Shown here: positions 30,980 to 37,565 of the stretch, piece by piece
Numbering within the stretch: position 1 is the stretch's first letter
Layout: each line of letters opens with the position of its first letter
Origin: Bryobacteraceae bacterium
Lineage (GTDB): Bacteria; Acidobacteriota; Terriglobia; Bryobacterales; Bryobacteraceae
NCBI GenBank assembly: GCA_035501155.1
Contig: DATJWO010000046.1
Location: 182-64,181, forward strand
DNA length: 64,000 nt
Reading direction: 5' to 3'
Position numbers and translations under genes: made by a program
Notes under the pieces: generated by a model
Database searches by the model: none
The model's input: the letters and a program-made list of their open reading frames with translations, nothing else
What the model was told of the DNA's origin: nothing

Positions 30980-32716
30980 ATGATCGAAACCGACGTCCTG
31001 ATCGTCGGCAGCGGGCCTGCCGGATCTTCCGCCGGCCTGATGCTGAGCACCTACGGGATCCCCAACCTCATCGTCACCAAGTACGGCTGGCTGGCCGACA
31101 CGCCTCGCGCGCATCTCACCAATCAACGAACGATGGAAATTCTGCGCGATTTAGGCATCGAGGCCGAGGCCGTCGCCCAGGCCACGCCGCAACACCTGTT
31201 GGGCCACACCGCCTTCTGCACCAGTCTCGCGGGCGAGGAACTGGGCCGCCTCCAGACTTTCGGAACCGACCCGCGGAGCCGGGCGAATCATCAGCTCGCC
31301 AGTCCCTGCTCCACCTGCGATCTGCCGCAAAACCTACTCGAACCGATCCTACTCGGCGCTGCCGCCACGCGCGGCACCAAGGTCCGGTTTGACACCGAGT
31401 ATCTTTCGTCACAACAGGACGCCGACGGCGTTACGGCCGAGCTTCGCGACCGCGTCTCCGGCCAGAGCTATCGAATCCGTGCCAAGTATTTGCTCGGCGC
31501 TGACGGCAGCCGCAGCAAAGTCGCCGAGGATGCGAGCTTGCCCATGGAAGGAAAGATGGGCGTGGCGGGCAGCATCAATATCGTCTTCCGGGCCGACCTG
31601 GCGAAGTACGTGGAGTACCGTCCTAGCGTCCTGTATTGGGTGCTGCAGCCCGGTTCGGACATCGGCGGCGTCGGCATGGGCGTCATCCGGATGGTGCGCC
31701 CCTGGCACGAGTGGCTGGCGATCTGGGGCTACGACATCAATGCCGGAGAACCACAGCTCGACGACGCTGCCGCGGAAGGAATCGTCCGCAACCTCATCGG
31801 CGATCCCGACGTGCCCATTCAAATCCGGTCGACGTCGCTATGGACCGTGAACGACCTGTATGCCACGCGCTACTCGAATGGCCGCGTGTTCTGCATGGGA
31901 GACGCGGTGCACCGGCACCCGCCCATGAACGGTCTCGGCTCCAACACCTCGATTCAGGATTCGTACAATCTCGCCTGGAAGCTGGCGCTGGTGCTGAAGG
32001 GCAAAGCCAGCCCATCGCTGCTCGATACGTATAACGAAGAACGGGCGCCCATTGGGCGGCAGATCGTCAAGCGCGCGAACAAGAGCATCGAAGAGACCGG
32101 TCCCATTTTCGAAGCCTTGGGACTGCACGATACCACGGAAGCCGCGCAAATGCGGCGCAACATGGAAGCGCGCAAGGCCAACACGCCGGACGCCGCGATC
32201 CAGCGCGAAAAGCTGCGTAAGGCAATCGCGCATAAATGCTATGAGTTCAATACACACGGCGTGGAGATGAACCAGCGCTACTGTTCGGCCGCGGTGGTTC
32301 CCGACGGTACGCCGGAGCCGCTCTTCGATCGCGATGCGGAGCTCCATTACCATCCCACCACGTGGCCCGGCGCGCGCCTGCCGCATGTCTGGCTGCAAAA
32401 AAACGGCCGGCCGATATCCACGCTGGACGTTGCCGGCAAGGGCCGTTTCGCAGTCCTCACCGGTATCGGCGGCGAAGGATGGGTGGAAGCGGCGCGGAAA
32501 GTTTCCGCAACTTACGGAGTGGAAATCGCGGCTGTTGTCATCGGACCTGGACGCGATCTGACGGATCTCTACGGCGAATGGGCCAACGCGAGAGAGATTG
32601 CCGAGTCGGGTTGCGTGTTGGTAAGGCCGGATGCCCATGTTGGATGGCGTGCAGCCGAATGCGGGGACGAGGAAAATCGCCTCGCGGAAGCGGTGGGTCG
32701 CATCCTGGGCCGTTAG
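30980..32716 (+). CDS. FAD-dependent aromatic-ring monooxygenase (phenol/2,4-dichlorophenol hydroxylase-like, PheA/TfdB family)
   Basis: Start moved to ATG 30980 (MIETDVLIVGSGPAGSSAG, GxGxxG). The FAD motif is GDAVHRHPPMNGLGSNTSIQD. The long C-terminal extension is typical of the family. Confidence 0.85.
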   Translation: MIETDVLIVGSGPAGSSAGLMLSTYGIPNLIVTKYGWLADTPRAHLTNQRTMEILRDLGIEAEAVAQATPQHLLGHTAFCTSLAGEELGRLQTFGTDPRSRANHQLASPCSTCDLPQNLLEPILLGAAATRGTKVRFDTEYLSSQQDADGVTAELRDRVSGQSYRIRAKYLLGADGSRSKVAEDASLPMEGKMGVAGSINIVFRADLAKYVEYRPSVLYWVLQPGSDIGGVGMGVIRMVRPWHEWLAIWGYDINAGEPQLDDAAAEGIVRNLIGDPDVPIQIRSTSLWTVNDLYATRYSNGRVFCMGDAVHRHPPMNGLGSNTSIQDSYNLAWKLALVLKGKASPSLLDTYNEERAPIGRQIVKRANKSIEETGPIFEALGLHDTTEAAQMRRNMEARKANTPDAAIQREKLRKAIAHKCYEFNTHGVEMNQRYCSAAVVPDGTPEPLFDRDAELHYHPTTWPGARLPHVWLQKNGRPISTLDVAGKGRFAVLTGIGGEGWVEAARKVSATYGVEIAAVVIGPGRDLTDLYGEWANAREIAESGCVLVRPDAHVGWRAAECGDEENRLAEAVGRILGR

Positions 32717-32928
32717 CGCGGGACCCGCCTCTTTGGTTCGCGCTTCCGCGCAAAGCTGCGGGCAGCCATCTCGAGGCCCACGCGGTCGATCTGCTCCAGC
32801 GCGCGGCACTGCTCATCGGGCAACCCGGCGCGCGCAGCTTCATCGTAAGGCGCATCCAGAAATCGCCGCCGCGCTTCCGCATCCACGTAAATCTTGGCAA
32901 GGAATCGTTCCAACGCCGGAGAATTCAT
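32713..32928 (-). CDS. 71-aa helical protein coupled to the DUF692 gene (LigA-subunit/Nif11-like pattern; function unknown)
   Basis: MNSPALERFLAKIYVDAEARRRFLDAPYDEAARAGLPDEQCRALEQIDRVGLEMAARSFARKREPKRRVPR. Its ATG overlaps the DUF692 stop (ATGA). Confidence 0.6.
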   Translation of the reverse strand: MNSPALERFLAKIYVDAEARRRFLDAPYDEAARAGLPDEQCRALEQIDRVGLEMAARSFARKREPKRRVPR

Positions 32929-33767
32929 GCTGCCGCCTTCTCCGCCCGGCCGCGCGCCATCGCCCGCCGCGCGCGATCCAGTTGCGCAAGCAAATGCGCC
33001 ATCGCCGGGTACGATCCGTCGCGTTCCAAGATCACCGTCAGCGGATTCGGACACCGCCGCGCCAGTTCCGTCAGCAAATCGTAAACCGGATCGGGCGGAT
33101 CGTGGAGATGATCGTCCAGCAGCCGCCGGTTCGCCTCGCCATCTTCGATCCACTTCCCGCCCGCGATGTGCACCTGATGCACTCGGTCCAGCCGCAGCCG
33201 CGCAAGCGATTTTTCCGCCAGCGCGCCAAAGTTCACGGAATTCGCGTATAGATTGTGCAGGTCCAACAACAGGCGCGCGCCCGATGTGTCTAGCGTCTGA
33301 TTGATCCACTCAGGCTCGTCGAGATCGCTCGCCGGCGGATCGATCAGCGTCGCGATGTTCTCCACCAGCGGCAGGCTTCCCACCACCGCCCGCGCCCGGT
33401 CCAGATTGGCCGCCGTGCTATCGATGGTCGCCCGGGTTCGCGGCGGCGCGGCCAGATGACCAATCTCGATCCCGCCCGCCCGAACAAACGCAAGATGTTC
33501 CGACCAGCATTCCGGCCGCACTCTCTCGACTAACCGCGCCATCTTGGCCAGCCGCTTTTCATCAACGCGCACCGTCGAGGCAAGCCCCAGCCCGACTCCG
33601 TGCAGCACTACCGGCCGCTGCGCCGCCAATGTCTGAATCGCGCGAGCGCGCGCCGCCGAATCGAAGTAATCGTCCGCGATCACTTCCAACACATCAATCT
33701 CGTCGAGATGCGCGAAGATTCCAGCAGCCAGCTCCGGACGCCAGCCCAATCCCACACGGTCCATCAT
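32925..33767 (-). CDS. DUF692 family multinuclear non-haem iron oxidative enzyme (MNIO; MbnB/TglH/ChrH/BufB superfamily)
   Basis: 280 aa from ATG 33767 (MMDRVGLGWRPEL). The ordered landmarks LHGVGL, WSEHLAF, LVENIA, LLLDLHNLYAN, HQVHIAGG, LDDHLH and ILERD match the DUF692 TIM-barrel metal-ligand contexts. The start lies 4 nt after the upstream stop, with GGGAG as SD. Confidence 0.88.
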   Translation of the reverse strand: MMDRVGLGWRPELAAGIFAHLDEIDVLEVIADDYFDSAARARAIQTLAAQRPVVLHGVGLGLASTVRVDEKRLAKMARLVERVRPECWSEHLAFVRAGGIEIGHLAAPPRTRATIDSTAANLDRARAVVGSLPLVENIATLIDPPASDLDEPEWINQTLDTSGARLLLDLHNLYANSVNFGALAEKSLARLRLDRVHQVHIAGGKWIEDGEANRRLLDDHLHDPPDPVYDLLTELARRCPNPLTVILERDGSYPAMAHLLAQLDRARRAMARGRAEKAAA

Positions 33768-33771
33768 GTTT

Positions 33772-34656
33772 TTAGCTCCCGCACCCGCCACACCCGCCTC
33801 CGCAACCACCGCCTCCACATCCGCTGCCGCACGATGACCCGCATGACGAACCGCAGCCGCTACTCGCCGATTTCGCCGCGCGCGGATAGAGCGTCCGAAC
33901 GTGCGGAAAGACGGCCGCCGGCATCGCCGCCACTCCAAACACGGCGGCCAGCATGAGTACGTCGCTCGCGTCCGCGCCCGGCGTGAAGAGCGACGCCCGG
34001 TCTTTCAGTCCGGTGAACAGCGTCCGCAGACTTGCAACCATCGCCGCACCGCGTCGTGTCAACCGCGGCTTCGCCACCTTGAACGCAACAACCGCGAACG
34101 CAATCGCCAGTACGAAGAGAAACCCGATGTTCGTCCTTCCGCGTGCGAGGGCGACTAGAATCTTGATGATCGCAACCGCCCACATCCCCGCAATCGCCAC
34201 CACGAGCCGCAACGTCTGCGCGCTCTTGGTTGAAAGGCCGGGAACCAGGTCCAGTTGAGCGAGGCTACGCTCGTACGCCTTGGTGTCGCGGTCGAATTCG
34301 CGTGCTTTGAAGACCAGCACCGCCTCGGCGGGCTGGGCGAAGAAATTACAGAGATGCTGTTCCAGCGGAAGGCGCAACATGGAAGGCGGCCGTTCCCGCA
34401 CCGCCGATACTTTCGTCCCGGAAGCCTGCAGGAAACCCCGATCGATCAGCGAAACGGTGGCCACGCGCAGGACCTCGTTCTGACCGCCGCGCAGATAAGC
34501 GATCTGGTAAGGATCCGACAGGTCCATCTGCGGTGGATCGGAAGGCTGCCCCGCGTAGCGCAGCAGATACAGAATGAACAGCACCACCGCGCCCAGCGCG
34601 ATGTAGAACACCAGGAACTCCGGCCCGCGCAGATCGAACGGCGACGGCATGTTCAA
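33772..34656 (-). CDS. TIGR04222-type membrane protein with C-terminal 7-Cys Gly/Ser tail
   Basis: 294 aa (TTG 34656; alternative ATG 34650). Family-like segments PFDLRGPEFLVFYIALGAVVLFILY and DPYQIAYLRGGQNEVLRVATVSLIDRGFL. About four hydrophobic helices. It ends in SSGCGSSCGSSCGSGCGGGGCGGGCGGCGS. Confidence 0.8.
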   Translation of the reverse strand: MNMPSPFDLRGPEFLVFYIALGAVVLFILYLLRYAGQPSDPPQMDLSDPYQIAYLRGGQNEVLRVATVSLIDRGFLQASGTKVSAVRERPPSMLRLPLEQHLCNFFAQPAEAVLVFKAREFDRDTKAYERSLAQLDLVPGLSTKSAQTLRLVVAIAGMWAVAIIKILVALARGRTNIGFLFVLAIAFAVVAFKVAKPRLTRRGAAMVASLRTLFTGLKDRASLFTPGADASDVLMLAAVFGVAAMPAAVFPHVRTLYPRAAKSASSGCGSSCGSSCGSGCGGGGCGGGCGGCGS

Positions 34657-35396
34657 TCGAGCGCATCGGCGCGCGTGCGCAGCCGCGCCGCCAATTCGAT
34701 CATATGGAACAGCGTCGCATCCGCTGCGTACGCGGAAAGCGTCCGCGTTTCGCGAGCCTCCGAAATGCGGGCCAGTACTTCGTCCCAGCCAGGCTCTCCG
34801 AATCCCTGCACAAATTGGATCAGCGCTTCCTTGGGTGGGAGTTGGGGCTTAGCTTCCAGCTCCAGCAGCGTCGCCGCGCAAGAACGCAGCGGGCCCGCCG
34901 AGTCCGCCACCAGTTCGGAGACGCGCTCCGGCGTTGTACCGCGCTCTACGTAGGCTTCGCGCAGCCGCAGAGTCAGGTTCAGCAGCACTTGTTTCACGCG
35001 TAAGAGCACCGCCGCCCGCGGGATCGTCGATGCTTCAAAAGGATCGGCGCCGTACAGCACGCGGTGGCGCCGTGCAATATCGGAAAATTTCTGCCCGAAC
35101 AGCTCCTGCGCCTGCCCGACTTCCGATTCGAGCAGAAACATTGCCGTCATTCGAATTGCCGCACGCGCCACCCCGAATGGTCCGCGGATCGCATCCGCCT
35201 TCGCCGCATCGAACGACGACAACACCAGCAGCAAATTCACGTCCGAAGCCGCACGCAGACGGGCCTCCGCGCCGCTGCCGTAAAGGATGATGGACTTGAG
35301 ATTCGCGCCGAACGCCTGCAACGCCGAACGCGTGAAATCGGCCAGCACCCTTGCGACGTTCTCCGGAAGTCCCTCCAGCTCCTTCGGAGCGATCAT
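34653..35396 (-). CDS. Pol-beta-superfamily nucleotidyltransferase domain protein with helical C-terminal domain
   Basis: 247 aa. The hG[GS]-x10-D-h-X-h motif reads ILYGSGAEARLRAASDVNLLLVL, so the second carboxylate position is Asn. The stop overlaps the TIGR04222 gene start. GGAG lies 9 nt upstream of the ATG. Confidence 0.75.
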   Translation of the reverse strand: MIAPKELEGLPENVARVLADFTRSALQAFGANLKSIILYGSGAEARLRAASDVNLLLVLSSFDAAKADAIRGPFGVARAAIRMTAMFLLESEVGQAQELFGQKFSDIARRHRVLYGADPFEASTIPRAAVLLRVKQVLLNLTLRLREAYVERGTTPERVSELVADSAGPLRSCAATLLELEAKPQLPPKEALIQFVQGFGEPGWDEVLARISEARETRTLSAYAADATLFHMIELAARLRTRADALD

Positions 35397-35411
35397 GGTT
35401 AAATCTCCGGA

Positions 35412-35636
35412 TCAGATCTCCGGATAAAACTCGAAGAACGCGTCCAGCGACTGCAGCAGTTGCTTGCGGATCTCGTCCTCTCCGCCTTCGATCAGGTGCA
35501 TGGTCACATGCGCCTTCTTGCCGCTTTTCAGCGTGACCTCCGCGTCATCCACTTTGTCGAGTTCGTCCGCGGGAAGCAGCCGCATGCCGTACACCAGCGC
35601 CAGTTTGGCCATGCCCCATTCTAGCCGGACGTTCAC
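35412..35636 (-). CDS. Hypothetical 66-74-aa protein at the head of the NTase/TIGR04222/DUF692 gene string
   Basis: ORF with a GTG start at 35636 (alternative ATG 35612). It ends 15 nt before the NTase start. I recognise no family. Confidence 0.45.
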   Translation of the reverse strand: MNVRLEWGMAKLALVYGMRLLPADELDKVDDAEVTLKSGKKAHVTMHLIEGGEDEIRKQLLQSLDAFFEFYPEI

Positions 35637-35646
35637 CGGCAGTCCG

Positions 35647-36219
35647 CTAAGGCTGGCGGCTCAACGGCGGCGTGATCCCGTTCAGCCGCAGATACACCAC
35701 CAATTGCCCATAGGTGTCCTGGCTGTGCGTCATTAGAAAATAGAGGATGCGCTGCCGGGTTGCCATTGGTCCCATGAAAAACGGCGAGTCAACACGCGTG
35801 CCGAGTCCCTGGTCGCCGAATTCTCTGATGACCGTGACGCCATACTCGCCCACCTTCTGCAGCGCGGCCATCGCCTCCGTCTTCGACGTGGCTTTATCGT
35901 CAATCGTGGGCGCAGGCGCCTTGGCTCCAAGAGTTTTTAGCAAACTGAGGTTCACTTGGGCCACGTGCATCACACGTTCGCCGAAGCTCTGTTCCTCCGG
36001 GACCGGTTTGAAGGCATATTTGTCCGGCGGCATCGCGCCGGCGAGCATATAAAGCACCACGTTGTTGCGCTGCCAGTCGTTCTGAATCTCGCAGGTGAGG
36101 GTTGAACACGGTCCCAGGAAGCTGGGCGTGCCTTTCGCGGCCGCCTGCGGGGCTTGCCCCTGTGCCGCAGCCAGGCCCGCGATCATCGTCAATACCGCCA
36201 ATCCTCTCGTGAGTGACAT
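35647..36219 (-). CDS. Exported DinB-family (four-helix-bundle metalloenzyme-like) protein
   Basis: 190 aa. Signal peptide MSLTRGLAVLTMIAGLAAAQG. DinB-like segments ...YMLAGAMPPDKYAFKP...FGERVMHVAQVN...THSQDTYGQLVVYLRLNGITPP. Confidence 0.7.
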   Translation of the reverse strand: MSLTRGLAVLTMIAGLAAAQGQAPQAAAKGTPSFLGPCSTLTCEIQNDWQRNNVVLYMLAGAMPPDKYAFKPVPEEQSFGERVMHVAQVNLSLLKTLGAKAPAPTIDDKATSKTEAMAALQKVGEYGVTVIREFGDQGLGTRVDSPFFMGPMATRQRILYFLMTHSQDTYGQLVVYLRLNGITPPLSRQP

Positions 36220-36251
36220 ATTGCATAGTCTAACCCGCGGTGGATGCGGTG

Positions 36252-36635
36252 TTATTTGGCGCCGGGTTCATATTGCATCGCGCCCGCGACGTTGCCCTCC
36301 GGATCAGTGAAGTAAACGCCTGTACCCACGGTAGGGATGTGGAATTTCTCCATGCTGATCTTGCCGCCGTTGGCGTTGATGGCTCGGATGATCTGATCGA
36401 TGTTGGAGACTCCGATGGTGCATTCATAGCCCACCATTCGCGAGCCTTTGATCAGTTCGCGGCGCTGCTCCAGCAGCCCACCAACCCCTGGATCGCTCTC
36501 GTCTCCGGTTTGAATCAGATAGAAATTCGGCGGACCCCACGGTTCAAAGCGCCATCCAAAGGTCTGTTCGTAAAAGCGGCGCGCGCGCGCCACGTCGTCA
36601 GCATTGATCGCGAATCGGGCAAGGTTATTCGGCAT
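36252..36635 (-). CDS. VOC (glyoxalase/bleomycin-resistance/dioxygenase) family protein
   Basis: 127 aa from ATG 36635 (MPNNLARFAINADDVARARRFYEQTFGW...GTGVYFTDPEGNV). This is the typical beta-alpha-beta-beta-beta module pattern. Confidence 0.75.
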   Translation of the reverse strand: MPNNLARFAINADDVARARRFYEQTFGWRFEPWGPPNFYLIQTGDESDPGVGGLLEQRRELIKGSRMVGYECTIGVSNIDQIIRAINANGGKISMEKFHIPTVGTGVYFTDPEGNVAGAMQYEPGAK

Positions 36636-36690
36636 AGGGGCGAGTATACGGTACAGCGGCACTGGCCGTCTTGCGATAAAGTGACAAGAA

Positions 36691-37461
36691 ATGTCGCCGG
36701 CCCGCCAGCGCCTCAGTGTCGAGCAGGAAGCGTTCCTGGAAGTGCGCTCGCTCGCGACCACCTATAGCAGCGGCTTCGTGATCGAGCCGCATACCCATCC
36801 CTGGCGCCAGCTCCTGTACGCCTCCACCGGTGCGATGACGGTGAACGCGGGACGGTCGACGTGGATGATCCCGCCCGGCAAGGCGGTGCTGATTCCGGCC
36901 GGTTGCACGCACTCCATCCGGATGTGGGGCAGCGTCGCGATGCGTTCGCTGTACTTTCCATCCGATTTGGAAAACTCCGCGCTCGCTGCCGCTGGCTGCC
37001 GCGTTCTTTCCGTGACGCCGCTGCTGCGTGAGCTGATCCTACGTGTGATCGAACTGGCGGCGCTCGATGCGCGGGTGCCTTCGCACCAGCGTCTGCTTGA
37101 CCTGTTGCTGGATGAGATGGACGTGCCCACCGTGACGCCGTGGATGCTGCCGCTGCCGGCCGATGCGCGCGCCATCGCGGTCGCGGAGCACGTGATGGCG
37201 TGCCCGTCTTCCGACGACTCGTTGCAGGACCTGGCCCGCCGCTTCGCAGTCGGCCGCCGTACTCTGGAACGCCTGTTCCGCGACGAAACCGGCCTCAGCT
37301 TCGGGCTGTGGCGCCAAAAGGTCCGCCTGCTGGATTCAATCCGGCTCCTGGCCGAAGGAAAATCGGTGACCGATGCCGCACTCGACACCGGCTACTCGAG
37401 CGTCAGCGCGTTCATCGCGGCCTTCAAGAATACTTTCGGCTGCACGCCAAGCCGGTTGTGA
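36691..37461 (+). CDS. AraC family transcriptional regulator (cupin N-terminal domain plus HTH)
   Basis: 256 aa. Cupin-like ...HTHPWRQLLYASTGAMTV... and a C-terminal AraC HTH ...GKSVTDAALDTGYSSVSAFIAAFKNTFGCTPSR. Divergent from the VOC gene across a 55-bp gap. Confidence 0.88.
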   Translation: MSPARQRLSVEQEAFLEVRSLATTYSSGFVIEPHTHPWRQLLYASTGAMTVNAGRSTWMIPPGKAVLIPAGCTHSIRMWGSVAMRSLYFPSDLENSALAAAGCRVLSVTPLLRELILRVIELAALDARVPSHQRLLDLLLDEMDVPTVTPWMLPLPADARAIAVAEHVMACPSSDDSLQDLARRFAVGRRTLERLFRDETGLSFGLWRQKVRLLDSIRLLAEGKSVTDAALDTGYSSVSAFIAAFKNTFGCTPSRL

Positions 37462-37463
37462 GG

Positions 37464-37540
37464 TGGTAGGGACGGGCAGATTCGAACTGCCGACCTGTCG
37501 CTTAGGAGGCGACCGCTCTATCCATCTGAGCTACGTCCCC
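37464..37540 (-). tRNA. tRNA-Arg (anticodon CCT), CCA encoded
   Basis: Reverse complement: GGGGACG-TA-GCTC-AGATGGATA-GAGC-G-GTCGC-CTCCTAA-GCGAC-AGGTC-GGCAG-TTCGAAT-CTGCC-CGTCCCT-A-CCA. Confidence 0.92.
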
Positions 37541-37565
37541 AGTACAACTCGATTCTAGCAACGGC

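Noticed and set aside
33775-33870. Repetitive GGC/TGC/AGC DNA of the Cys/Gly tail (and the GAC-rich tract at 13534-13930) considered as a possible CRISPR array or tandem-repeat locus.
   Set aside because: There is no repeat-spacer periodicity. Both tracts are in frame inside well-supported ORFs and are explained by biased amino-acid composition.
35396-35412. The idea that the 74-aa ORF plus the nucleotidyltransferase form a HEPN-MNT toxin-antitoxin pair.
   Set aside because: The small ORF has no Rx4-6H HEPN motif and is too short. The NTase is twice the size of MNT antitoxins and is translationally coupled to the membrane-protein gene instead.
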